64,000 nucleotides of DNA from assembly GCA_002633005.1 (NCBI GenBank), contig NMRA01000025.1, positions 255,846-319,845 of the forward strand. The letters are read 5' to 3'. The notes beneath the pieces are model-generated. The model was given only the letters and a program-made list of their open reading frames with translations, had not been told where the DNA came from and searched no databases. How positions within the stretch are numbered: position 1 is the first letter of the stretch; every line of letters starts with the position of its first letter. Source of the stretch: Phoronis australis. Lineage: Eukaryota > Animalia > Phoronida. Of the stretch, positions 49,365-62,975 are shown piece by piece. A program made the translations under genes and the position numbers.

Positions 49365-52283
49365 AATTACTTGAGACCATGGTGGGCGCATAAAATAACA
49401 CACCGTGACAAGCAAACGCGTTGAGACTGATCTCAATCACTACCGAACTGTCAGTTCCTTAGGACAGAGCCCTGAAATTTCCTCCAATTTGACCAATGAA
49501 CATTTGAAACGAGTTTCAAAACTGCAAAAAAATGTGTGAAACACGAACTTTTGTGGATGATCACTGTTTTGTGCCTGTATTAGACGCTCTTGATTTAAAT
49601 TTGAGTAGGTGAGCAGCTGTTTGCGATGACAATTTTATGACATTTTGAGTAAGTTTCGTTGAATACACCTGCATTAAATGAAGACATACACTATCGTGAG
49701 GTTAACATACATGTACTGACATGTAACTAGTTTCCAATGTATCTCGATGATAACCCTTCTAATGAATTGAAATTTTGCATGCACGTACTGCAACAGTGAC
49801 TTTCAGTCAATGCTGCACTTGTGAAAAATCCACGAAGATTGACATTTGCTAAATTGAAAATAACTGTAATGGACTGAAAAGTTTTTATCTGATCCAAAAT
49901 ATTAACGAATTTAAAAAACGAAGTCGGTTCAAATTATCAAAAACCCTTTTCACATTAATCATAAATGCTTACATATATGGCGTCAGTTAATTAACAGTGA
50001 CAGAGATTTTTTTGATAACTCGGGTATGACATAATGGACGTTTAATCACTGACGCAAGAGTCTCTGACCCGTCTACGCCTGCTATCTAAAGACTCGGTGG
50101 CCACAGGTTAGTCGTGGCCAGCCACACAAACTTATGCAAAGATTTTAGTAGAGTGGCCAGCTGGACCCCAGAATAGGTTTTTATTCAAGTATTCAAGCAC
50201 ATAGGTCCAAAGCACAGTTTTTAACAAAACAATAACACTACAGAAGTACAGAAACACACGTTTTATACATTAATGATCTGTTGCAAATCTTTCATATTAT
50301 ATTGCCTATTGGACAGGTCATTTGATGACCAGTCACATGGAATTATTTTCGTGGTGCTTCGAATGTTTGAGGTTACCTTTGCTTGACGGTGGGGATTCTT
50401 ATTGGTTTTGCGGCGAGACCTTACCCGAGTGCGATTTCTCGTCTGTGCTCAGTGTGCGCACAATTGTTCATTTTGAATCAGTTTTGGCCGGTAGCTTCAA
50501 CTACCTAATCTAGCTCACATCTTCCAATAGTATTCCGTGATCGGACATTTGGGAGGTGGGTTCTGGCGGGGCAAACCCAGAGTGTATTTTCTGTCATAGT
50601 TTATTGGCATGCGCGTGAGCACGCGCTGCGCATGCTCAACTTGAAACGCGAATCCGTAAATGCCTTGGTGAGTTCTGTGGTTCAACTGTCTGGTCTCATG
50701 AAGGCGATGCGAAGGAACTTTCCTCAAATAGTGTCACACAAGCGATCGTTTGCACGGTAAGCTGGCAGTTGATTTTTGATCGATGCTACGTTTCTTCGTA
50801 TCTATACGACAAACTGATCTTCTGGCTGCTTGTAACAGTACTATTTTAGTGAAATGAAATGGTATTTACAGACTACGTTGACTTTATGCAAAGCTGATCG
50901 TTTTCAATAAGCGTCCATGCCGGCCATGCTAAGACTAGGACTAGGAGCTTAGGCTGACAGGTTGACACCCAACGTGCCCACATGACCCTGATTTTGGAGT
51001 TCATAGGTGCTCGAATTGAAATAATCCACCACTGACACTATACAAATTTCCAACTACCACTGAACAGTTTGCGTTTAGCCATCGCAAAGTGACCCCAGGT
51101 TGCCATTCTTTTTCAGCACCCGCTCCCGTGGTCGGTCGACAGCAGTTTTTCGTTTGAATACCAATAGCTCTAGCTACGCCAGTGACTGTATATGTTTTAT
51201 ATTTTTGCAGAAGTGGCGGTAGCATACCAGTATACGCCTACCCCTACACTAGTAGTGGTGGAAGTAGAGTTCGACATCGCCTTATAATTTAAACTAAATT
51301 CTCTAGAATTTATACAAACACACAATATACCAAAATATGCTTTCTTGTGCTTTCGAATGATGTCAAGAGAAAGTTGGTCGAGAAGCTATTTTTACAAGCG
51401 ATGGGCTTAGGCAATTCTTTTGGCCCACGATAGTGTGTAGGTTTACCCAATGCCACCATTGAAGATGCGTTTTTCTGACATGTAATAATTACACTAAATT
51501 AAAGTGTTTTCAATATTATGGTTTCAAATCCATGAAATTTCAACAGTCGAAACGTCCTAATCGTCTGCTTCCTCTGCTTCGTCAACTTGTCACCACCCGA
51601 GTTCAAAAAGCAATTCTTTGCGCACGTGCGGTTCAGGAAATAACATGGCACACGCAAAGTACTGTTGCGTATTGGAAAGCGATAAAGTTTCTGGCGAGAA
51701 AAGCAAAATCTCGCTAGTGCTCGTTCTGGGCTGTAACCCGGAGGAGTACGGTATTGTTACATACACTAATTGTCATTATTTGCTAGAGATAAGGATGTCT
51801 TGAGTATTTCAGTGGGGGAATATGCACACTGAAATCTCACTATTCCTTTACGCTATCTTCCCCGCGTGAAACAATACAGAAACGTGACTGTGGTGTGAGG
51901 GCGACCTCATACTTTTATTTTTGTTATTTGGCATGCGTGTGTCGTTTGGTGCGTGTTGCATCTTTATTTTATATCACCAAGTATGTTTACGTTTTAATAT
52001 ATCTTAGCCTTTCCATTTGTTTAGCTTCTCTGTAAACTTTTTGTTATTCACGGGTAGTTATATGAGAATCGTCAACCCCCAAGAGGGGTAACCCCGCTTG
52101 CGCTCAGCCACCATTGCCTAATGATTGATGGCTAAGTTCCCTGGTCGTTACCGACACCGACCTGGTGTCACCATGCTCAACTTTCAAACCTCCGAATTAA
52201 CTTCGTTTTACACAGTTTTTATGCTCCGGACAAAACACTGAAAGTTTATTGTAAACAAAAACAAATTGTTCCCTCGAAACTGA

Positions 52284-53193
52284 AACCCCGTTGTAAAACA
52301 GATATTCTGGAATCGAAAACAGACTTCTGTACCTTCAAAACAGCTAACCAGTCCGAAAAAACACGAACCCCGACCTGTAAACACGAACCCCGACCTTTAA
52401 AACAGGAAACCCCGGGGATGGGACAGGAACAATTTTCTTTTTTTTGAGACGATGTCAATAGTCTCAAACTTTGAGTTAAAGCATCTTCAAATACTTTCCA
52501 GTTGTTTTCTGCATTTGTTTGTTAAAAATTGTCAATAAGAAAACGTAAGTGATATTACATTGACTTTGATATTTGATTTTTATCAGTAAAGCTCATGCAG
52601 CTTTCTTGATTGCGAATTTCAATATAATCTATACTATCAACACAAATCCCAGTGATTATTTAGTTAATTTCTGATTATTCAATAGTTTCTCCAAATATAT
52701 TTTCAAAAATGAAAAACAAAATATTATTTCGACTTTCGAGTTCCATTGTTGATTAATTCCTATGAATATCTACAATTGGCGCATTTTAGGGTTCGTCGAT
52801 TTACTTGTCGAGAGTATATTTCCGGCACAATCAATTTCCGGATTTTGAAATAGGTCGCGAGAATTATTCACTTTAAGACCTGCACCGTCACCAATTTCAC
52901 CGTTTTTTGCCCTCAAAAAAGTGTACTTCAACTCCTCATCGATAATTAAAACGGAATTTGGAATCGGAATTTCTGAACTCTGAACGCATTCAGAATCTAT
53001 TCAGTTCTTGAGTTAAACAATGATTGACAGAAAGTGCGGGAGTGGTGTTTCGGTCCCCGGGCGTCCTGTCCTATCCCCGGGGTTCCTGTTTTAAAGGTCG
53101 GGGTTCGTGTTTTTCGGGATGGTTAGCTGTTTTGAAGGTGCGGGTGTCTGTTTTTTACTCCGGGACTATCTGTTTTACTTGTACCACGGGGTT
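52284..53193. repeat. Long imperfect inverted repeat (arms 52284-52428 and 53064-53193), foldback-like
   Basis: e.g. AAACACGAACCCCGACCTTTAAAACAGGAA versus TTCCTGTTTTAAAGGTCGGGGTTCGTGTTT. Confidence 0.75.
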
Positions 53194-55341
53194 CCAATTT
53201 TGATGGAACACCTTGAGGAATACCCAAATAGAAGTCTCGTGCGTATAGTCACACGACTGTCGGTGGACGTATCTACAGATTTTGAAAAACTGTATTTTCA
53301 GGAAACACGGTCACGTGACTCAGACTTTCAGTCACTATATTTTCGTGCACATTTTACCCTCGTGCGGTCATCATGGATTTCACTCTTAAAGGGATACTAA
53401 ACCTTGTTTTGGTGACTTCAATCAAGGCCTCGTACTGCCACCTGCCAATGCATCACTGACGTCCCACATGAGTGACAAAAGCAGAATTCAAGTAAAACTT
53501 CATTTTTCTCTGAGTCACAAAATCAGGACATTATGTTTTTTCTTGGTGGGTGGTCCTTCCTAAGTTGTTGTGTACTGAGCTCGCTTGAAGGGTTGGTCAG
53601 TATCTGTTAATAGGCCAAAACCGGGTTTGTTATCCTTTTAAACAACTGGTATTTGACGAAAGACAGCAACTCCTTATAACAAAAGTGTTCAATTAAACTA
53701 AAGTTACAAAAACTGAAGTGAAAACAACTGTGTTGGCAATTTTTTCCAGTTTCACGCAAAGTGTCTGCACTTACTTGTATCGACAAATGCATTCATTTAC
53801 CCAACCGACTCGTCTGACCGGGTAACAGGACTTAAAACAAATGGCATGTTTTTCCAAGTGCAATTTGCTGCCTCATTTTACATCCGGGTGGGACTGTCAA
53901 CATGTAGCTGCATTTTGAATTTGTAAAATTCACCTTAACATGAATGTCTGAGAGTGCGTTTTTAGAATACGTCACTTTTGACCTTTCTGGGCACCTTAGA
54001 AGTAGTCATGAGCTTACTTTGCGCAGAGGCAGAAGTATAAATGGAAAATGAATGAATGTCTTGAATGTTCAATTTAATAAATTTACAGAAAAAAATATAC
54101 TTTGCCCGTTGTAAATGAACTCTAGTCTATTCTATTTTGGGAAAGTTTCGTTTGACTGCAAAGGTAGTAGACACGTGTGGAGCCTAACATTGGGAAAATC
54201 TCATGCAGGCTCATAGCCCAAAACGGGTGTGCATACTTTCCGAAACAGTTTTGGTTGAACCAGCCTTTGCCTGAACGGGCCGTGAGGAGTCGCGAGAAAC
54301 CGTTAGACTGAGAAAACACGGATACAACATAGCTGAAAGTTTCACCTGTTGCACTGGTATCCGACGATACGAAACCTTATTCATAGTCAGATAAGCTAGA
54401 AGCTAGAATGTCAATAAATATGTTGGCGCAAATCTATCGTTGAGGTCATGCAAGTTAGCAGTGGCTTCTTCCGGATATGGTTCACGAGTGAACTTAAGTT
54501 CAGTGGACACCGTGTGTTTAGCTAAGCCTAGAAGCCCCACTTTTTCTGGCAGTTTTATTTCTCATGTAAAATGAAATTTTCCAAAACGTGAAACAACAGC
54601 CATGCCAAATGCTTATCATGACACGGATGCCATGATGTCGCATAAATTTCTATCTTTTATCCAAATAGCCCTGAAATAGACGACTTCCCGGCCCGGCTGC
54701 CAAGTCATCCTAATGTCAGCGTCATCGCGCCAAATGAACAAAATTATTTAGGAATTCTAACATACACAGAAGAATATACTCAGGACTCTTTGGGAGACCC
54801 TTTGCCAGTGGTGTCAGTCACTCATGATATGTGTACGTTTCTGAGGTGCCCCACTATGAAACGTTCCAAACCAAAACGTCAGACAATTAGTGTCTGGAGT
54901 ATGTTGAATAAATAAGTACTAGACAGCTCAAAACAAACACTGATTAACAACACACTTTTTGCAAAAGCAGCCAACCGACTTCTAACAAGCGTTGAACGAT
55001 GTGCGCCATACTTGCTCAATTGGGCAGAACACAATGGTTAAGTACCGGAAAAGATAAGAGGTTTTGATGTTCAGGATCCGACCATTTCTTGCTCTGATAC
55101 AAAAAAAAGGTGGGAAAAAATGCTTGTATCTTCGTCAAGTCGATTAACTATTATGGACAGAAGTGACGCGTGCAACTCGTACAAGCGAAACTTTCGGGTG
55201 GCAAGGGGCAAAAGTGATGTTGTATATATATATATCTGCCCCTCTCCCACCCCAAATAATCGTTTCTTTCATACAGGCATGTGTTATGATGGTATTTCTG
55301 GGCCTTGAAAATTGTTTACATTGAACAATTTACCCTCTGTC

Positions 55342-55645
55342 ATGGCGCCACCTATTTTCTTAAAATGTGGCCTGTGAAATGATGATGAACGACACACGGA
55401 ATTCCGCGTGTGGGCATAACTGCGCATATCTACTAGGTTTAGACGTTTGTCGTACACATACGATAGGGGAAGGTGCCGGAAAACTATAGTGAATCATTCC
55501 GTTGTTCTGTGACGTCTTGCAATCTTGTGTGGGCCAAAAAACACTAACTTGTGTGTGGAATGCAACGCTTTTGTCTGTTCTTCTGGTTGTTCCAACCGCA
55601 AGCCACAAAAGCATTTCTCAGCAGATAAAGTGGTATATGTTACTG
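55342..55645 (+). pseudogene. Probable decayed RING + B-box (TRIM-like) coding remnant
   Basis: In order, across frameshifts: MAPPIFLKCGL*, ACGHNC, RCRKTI, LFCDV/C, LCVECNAFVCSSGCSNRKPQKHFSADKVV. Confidence 0.5.
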
Positions 55646-58600
55646 ATCCATTTCTCAACGTCAACTTATCAGAATATTTGAATGTTATTTTGTTCGAATG
55701 TTTCTTCGTTACAATAAGAAGACGTGTATTGCCTCTCGTAGCGCTGAGAAGGGTAAGTTGGATGATTTCCCCTCATGAATGCCAGGCTCGACGCCCGGAA
55801 GTTTTTTTGTCTCATCCCTGGGGATTCTCTTCCTCATAATGGGAAGGCGCAAATATATATTGGCAACCTCGAGGATGTGACAATGGAAAATGACAAAAGA
55901 AACCCCTACCCAGGACACTGTTGTTGTCGTTCGCTGATCCCCTTCAGCCGGCGTCACTTGCAAAGCCCTCTGCATCAAATGTAGGGTGTCTTGTCTTGAA
56001 CTGAAACGATCTTAAACTTTTTTAAATATTAATATATTTGCAGCGCATGGTTAAGTGCCTTAGCCAAGGTGCAATTGGGCCGTGGCCTCCCCTGTTCATT
56101 TCACTGAAAAAGTTTTGACTACCGGTCGCATGGCTGGTCTGCATTGGATGTACAGCTGCAGACATTGGCGTACTAACGGAGCCGGAGGGGACGTGGCACA
56201 GTGTCGACAAGGAGGAGGACAAACGAAACTGTTCAAAAATATAACCTCCCTGTTCAATACTTCTGACAGAGGCGTTAACAACTCGATGATACGTACCTGT
56301 CCCGTAGTAAAAACACATTGAGTTCGCGTCAGAAACAAGAAATTAGAGCCGGTGTGCCGGGTGGAACGTCCATCTATGAGTTTTTTTCTCATAACGACTT
56401 CGTGAACCTGAAGAAAAGGATAGGAAAATTGTTCTGTACAGGCCATCGTGGTGGTATAACCTGTCCCTTATTTCTGTAGTATTTCAACACGAGGCTGTGT
56501 GTCCGTCGATCACATAAGCAGTATGCGACGGGTGGGGCCTGAGTTGCGATCTGGAAACACTTTGCAACGAACAGGAGAAGGACTAAACACAGATATGAAA
56601 TGATTTTCGACTGCAAGGGGCGGCTTTTTGTAACGAAACGTGAGGCCATTGTCCCGTTGTAACTCCTAGTGTGTCTCTCCTTTTTATCGTAATCGTGTTC
56701 ATAGCATTCGTCAAATGGAAAGTGTCATTGAAAAAATTTTGATTGAAGAAAAAAGACGTTTATTCACTGAAACATGAATTCATAAAATAATTTATGTATA
56801 CGGTACTACCAAGTATCTGACATGAAGAATCAAAACATTAGGTCGGCGTTTTAAACCTTTCTGACAGATCGGCCGACTACAGTTTGTTGTTGGAATGCAA
56901 GTTTAATTCGTCAGCAAGTTAAATTAGCTGTTATCTCAGTGATATACACATTTATTAAGGACGTGCTTATAATATCTGAAATATGTACCGGCGAGTCCCT
57001 CGCATCATTTGTTTCGCTGAATTAGGGGCACAATCATTATCTATATCGCTTTGAACTGTTTGCAATACGAGAGTGGGGGAAAATCAATAACCCTCCACAG
57101 AACAGAAATGTTAGCTATAAGGTATTGTATCACCACTCCATAAAATACCTTTCCAGACTCGTGCAGAGACTGCAATACATCTGTGACAGTCACGCCTCTC
57201 AGTCACGTCACGCGTGCGTTCCTAACGACTTGATGTTATTTCAGAGCTGACCAATGCAGGGCGTACAGACATTCATCTCCCTGCTTGTGGTGCAATCCAT
57301 TCTTCGTGGCGAGTGTGTAGCTAAACGCCCCAGACGCCGTTTGACCGGTAAGTTCTCAGAGCCGCCGGAAGCATGGGGTCATTCTTTATAGTGGTATTAT
57401 TAAGGAAGTATTTTTGCACAAAAGGATTTACCTTTCGATAGGACGTTGGTGGCCAGGAAGAGATCTTATTACATGCGGTACTGTGCGAGAAATTGTTGAC
57501 ATCCGCGGGAATTCAAATTCTTGAGATGTTTCGCACCTCCCAGGGTAATGTGCCAATGCTCATCTCCCTAGACTACAGGGCTAATTTTTGACGGGGGATA
57601 CAGCTGTAAAATTAGGATACTTACCCAATGACTCGAAAAAGCGACTCATGAAAAGGGCTCTTTCGTAGGGGTTGTTCTAGAAATATTTTGGGGTTAATAT
57701 GACGAACGTAAACCTTAAGTAAAGATTCGTGGACAGTCGAATTCTTAACTCAACGCTCCTGAAAGATGAAATGTCAAAAATAGAACATATTTTACAGTAA
57801 ACTTTAAAAACAATATTGATAATATTAAATACCTTTACTGATGATTTCTATAGTTGGAAAAGGGAACCTTATGCAGAGTTTCGGATTTCCCGCAAAGAAA
57901 ATGCACCCTATCGTTGGGAAACTGGTAATTTTCTGGCGCTCGTAATTCACGTACGCATCATTCATCCGTTTAGCCAACAACAAATTATCACAAGTTTGGA
58001 AAAGTCAAGAACTTTTGCAACCCTGCTTGTGTCTAGACAAGTGACAGTGTTTGGCGAACAGCTGTTGGCGAGGGCAAGATGGGAATGGCATCAAAATGAA
58101 TACCATTCATTTTCAGGTGACATCTCCCAGACTAAGCTATTAAAAACTTTTGCATTCCCGTACGGGCAAATTTGTGTAACGTAAAGTGTGTTTGATCATG
58201 GCTAGTCATCTGGGAGAAGTGTGTACTCGAAAAAGCTATTTACATTAGAGGAAATACAGTTTACTCAGCCCTAATTTCGTGAACAATCATTACCGATTCA
58301 CGTTTATATTATATTACCGTACATGCGCGCGTTGTAACAGAAACAATGTACATGCTCATAAAGTAATTCTTGCACATGCGTTTTGCTTATTTTTCAGCTA
58401 ACTAATGTAACCTTGCTATTTAGCTAACGCCTTTGTTTTCTTACGGTTCTCATTTAGACACATGAGCCTAAGTGAGAGTATAGGTACACCTCCAAGCGCA
58501 CAGGCCTATATGCGAGCTGGCGTGCCTCATGTCTTATTGGTTCTCCTAGGTCAAGAGTTTCGTAAAGGGTTCTGAAAAAAATGTCCTGCACTAATTTCAG

Positions 58601-58842
58601 GGATCATTTTAGAAACGCGGGGGTATAGGTGAATTGACGGCTCAAGTCTATGCGTCAATTTTGACGGAGGTCCTGCGGGCCGTGTTAAATTTTTGTCCTT
58701 TTTAAGTTTTGTCCTTTTTCGTTTCCAAATTTATGAGCCGGGCCGTTGGCCCGTTTTAAGCAATCACAGTGCGCCAATGAAATTAGTTTTGCACCGATGA
58801 CGCGGGGCGCGTTCGTGTAATTTAAGATGAAAACCTCACATC

Positions 58843-59106
58843 CATGGGCGCACCCAGGGGGGGGGGCTCGGGGGGTTCGAGCGATCCCCCGAATTGGGCA
58901 AAAAGGTCCGCCTCAGCGACACAAAAGTCCGAGTAAACGAGACAAAAGTCTACAAAATCCCACGGGAAGTCGGCGCGGGTGCAGAGTTCGTAAGCCTGAA
59001 CCTAGTAGCCCCGTTTTTTTTTTAGTCCTCGTTGATTTCTTTCACTGAAAGGTCCGCACACCAAGAAATTCGAGACCCCCTATACTTTAGACCGGGTGCG
59101 CGCCTG
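58843..59106. mobile_element. MITE, same family in opposite orientation, TSD ACATC
   Basis: TIRs CATGGGCGCACCCAG / CCGGGTGCGCGCCTG with a perfect 5-bp TSD. Confidence 0.8.
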
Positions 59107-59638
59107 ACATCTACAGGCTGTATGTCGAACGGTAGAATGCTCTTAAATTTGACAGAGAGGCAAATACGTCCAAAAGCTCTCGCCCCATCAAACAATGCAA
59201 ACAAATTCAATAATCATTCGCTGAAAAGTCCTGTTTACTGATTCTTTTAAACAGATGTGTAGATAACATTCCGATTCGTTTGGAAATGTTTATTTTGAGT
59301 TGTTCCTGTATTAAACATTTCAGACGCATTTCTCAGATATTGTTGAGGTGGAGTCTCAGACAATCAGGGCACAAATGCGGAAGTGCTCGTTGAATCAATG
59401 CTGTTTCGGTTTTCTGTTTTGACTATGCAGGCGAGGATCCAGGGTTAATGATCGCGTTTGACCCGACAACGGACAAACTAGCTTGGTACGCTTTAGGTCC
59501 ATTATGTCTATTAAAAGTGACCGAGCGGGTGGTATCCGGTCCCCTGGACACCCCCTTTGAAATCTTTGGTTCTGCACCTACGTTTACCATTAAACGTGCG
59601 AGTTGTGTTGCGCCGAACTTTATCTCCGAATAGCATTT

Positions 59639-62600
59639 TAGTCCAGTCATTCTACGGATAACCCGGATATAATTGCAACAGAAGGTTTTATTGCATAAAG
59701 CGTATCCTCTCATACTCCTTACTGTGAGAAAAAAGTCTACCGGAATCGGGGTGGCGGAAGTTGGTTTTTCAAGATGGCGGACAAAATGGCCGCCATCATT
59801 ATTTGCATATGGCCATTATAACTCGAAAAAGGTTTACGTAGGTTCTGTGGGTCAACAAATCCATTGGATGTAGTTTTGCATGGCTGCGTTTTTTATGGAT
59901 TCCTACAAAGCACTCCGACATGCATACATCGCCGCACATAGACGTCATGCCAGGCAATAAGATCATCGTACAGCTTCAGACCAGCTTTCAAATCATCAAG
60001 TATATCAGTGACCATTGATTCTTCTGACAAACCATTCTGTCACTGCAAATTCTGAAGACCTATACTCTGATTCAGTCCTGTTTGAATATACCAGTGGCAG
60101 TATGTCGGAAGTCAGAAAGGAACTCTCGTGAGGGCCGGTATTCCAAGGTTCAGAATCGGAAGACACTGCCTGTGCATTACATGTCCCAGTGTATACATCT
60201 ATAGTTATGTGTTCAGTAATTGAGATGTCTGAAGAATCTATCTCCATATATTCTGATGAGCCAGCGTCTGTGTACAATCATTGAATTGCTATACCTCTTG
60301 GCACGGAATCTGTGTTCTGTGTTGGTGACATTCGGGACTCCTGGAATTTCTGAAGAACCGGAACTTCTTTCTTGAAATTCTGAAGTCATTGGTTCTGGAT
60401 CTGTCACATACCGTGAATAATACGCTTACAAGGAAGTCACGCCTTTCTAAACATATGCGGGAATTTTCACCGCTCGTCCTTCTGAGCGGCTTTTACCAGG
60501 ATCAAAGAGAGCGCGGCGCCTTAGTCATTGTGATGACCGCATTGCCCGATGCGAGCAAGACCCAACTAAGTGTAATTACCTGACCATAAACTGTATTAAA
60601 CATCTCTGATTGTACATAATTGCGAATTTTCAAAATGCATTTACCACTAATTTTCGTTAAAAACGAATACCACGGCGGTATTGAGCTGGAAAAAAACTTC
60701 CAATTACGGTTTTCGATTTTTAAAAATCGATGAACTAATAATCTAAAAAGTACAACCATTGGGTACGATTGAAGATAAACTACTGCGCATATTGATATAC
60801 TCGGTGGATATACAAACGCTGATCAGAGTTAACAATATCGCATGGATTCATTTTTTAAAAATCTTTCAATCTCGTTTAATCAAATTTTAGACCAGAAAAT
60901 AGTTGTACTTAACTTGTACCCACTTTTCATTTTTTATTACTGACAAAGAGCTAAAATAGTTATATAGTCAGTGCCACCGAAATTGTCCAAAGATTCCAAA
61001 TCTTCAGTTCTGGTTATCACCATATTTGCACTTTTGTATATATTTTATGATTTGAGTTATAATAAAGATTAAACTTTAATGACACGTGAAATGTTTAGTG
61101 TAGGCTTACTTGTTATGTGGAAAGTTCAGGGATGGGCTCACAATAAACTTAACTAATTAAGTTTCGCTGGCGATCAAAATCTACCACTGTTTTGGTACTT
61201 CAAGTTTAAAACTTAGATAAAAAGTTATCAACCCGTTTCCGGTAAGAAAAAAAAAACAAGTGGGCAGAAGCATTAAAAATTAAGTAACAAAACCAATGTG
61301 AAGCATATCGTTCCTTTGGGAAGTGGCTCTTTGTGAAGATAAACACAACTTAACCTTTTTTGTCATTTTGTAATATTTTTAATGTATCAAGTTAAAACTA
61401 CTCTCCAGAGTTGCAGTCTGTAACTCTGCAAATGTCAGAGAAAACCACATTGAGGGTACTAACAACAACCATTGTTGAGACAGTTATTGCTAGCTATTAC
61501 CTTTCCACTTCATTAGCTCAGATCTACATCAATTCAAAAGGCGTGCTGAATAGGTATCCTAAAAGTTGTCTGGGGCTAAGGGAATCTGAGCTGTGACCAG
61601 TGTAATCCAGAAATTCTCCACATGAATATTTGGAAGTGAGATATTGAATGCTCTGGCTGTGATGATAGCATTCGTGCTTAGTCTACCAACATATGCCCCC
61701 TCCCTGCTCTATCCACATTTTTTCAATTTAACATATGGATCACACTGTTTGGTGCATACACTGTCTCAAGAATTTGAAACATGTTGCCTGACATTACGTA
61801 TTCAATAAATCCCAGAAAGCTCATCTCAGTATGAAATCCGCCAAGCCTGGCTAGGAACAAGTGACTGCAGATCACTGTCGTTTGGTTTGCTGGCACTAAT
61901 TTCCTCTCAAATCAGTTACCTATGTTCATAAAAAGCATGCATATTACACCAGTTTTGAGTAATAAATGCTACTAAACATTTAATTATTAACTTTTTGTAA
62001 CAACAATTTATTTTTCATCAAATTCAGGTGAAATCAGCTGCCAGGTTCTCCACTCATGTCAGTAGCAGACGAAATCTTTGCATGGGAACAACTGATAACA
62101 TCTCCAAGAGCAAAGCCACTTCCTGCCCAATGCGATTCAGGATTTCTCATGTTTTGAATAAGCCAATAATTCCACCAGAATTACACATTCTTCTAACAAA
62201 TATTATTTTTGATGCCTCAAATTTTACAGAAAAATAATTGAGTGTGTGAAATTCCGTATGAAAATTTAACTAACATAAAAGCCTTTTCTGAAAAAATAAA
62301 TTTTACATTAAATAATCTAAAATGTGATTAAAATTCCACATTTAGTACCTAACTCTTAAAAACAAACTTTATAAAGAATCAACTCATTAAGCCTAATTGT
62401 AGATTGTAAAATGTTTTTGTGTAAATACTTCTCAGTTTACAAGCAACGTTTGCAGAATGCACATGCAGTAAATTGGAGTAATTTGTGAGTTGGCGGTCAT
62501 TTTGTCAGCCATCTTGATTTTTTTCTCCAATCAGTGACCAACTGTAAGGTCCAGATATTTTCGATTGTCTAACAAATGCATAGAAATTTTGCCATTTTCA

Positions 62601-62975
62601 GGGCAAAATATGAAAAGAAGTTTTGCAACAAGTACCTATTTGCCATTTCGGCCGCCATTTTATCGGCCATATTGGTTTTATTTTACGGAAAATTGGCATC
62701 TTTTGATTGGTATGCCTGTTATGAAAAGTATATAACCAATGACAAGCTTTACTGAGTTATTTCCAGCTGTTGCATAAGAGTAACATGCCAAAAAGCAGTA
62801 AACACCGGTTTTGGCAGCCATTTTCCGCCATCTTGAAAAACCGACTTCCGCCACTCCGATTTCGGTAGACTTTTTTGTGTCACCAAGGGGTGTTTGAAGA
62901 TGCCATGTATGCAAAAAACCTTGTGTTGCAATTTTTCTAGGTTGGGCCCTCTGGAACTCTAGAATGACTGCACTA
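59639..62975 (-). mobile_element. Decayed Academ-type DNA transposon, about 3.3 kb
   Basis: Termini TAGTCCAGTCATTCTA / TAGAATGACTGCACTA; about 160-bp imperfect TIRs; transposase remnant on the minus strand. Confidence 0.8.
61625..61845 (-). pseudogene. Academ transposase fragment
   Basis: LGGFHTEMSFLGFIEYVMSGNMFQILETVYAPNSVIHMLN*KNVDRAGRGHMLVD*A/NAIITARAFNISLP matches the recalled Academ motif RLGGFH..MSFLG.IG..M.GSGL...L..YA.N.V.HML.GK...RAVRGH. Confidence 0.8.

Noticed and set aside
57200-57355. Promoter plus non-coding first exon (CCAAT, CCG|GTAAGT)
   Set aside because: No downstream coding exons found in the window; such short motifs occur by chance
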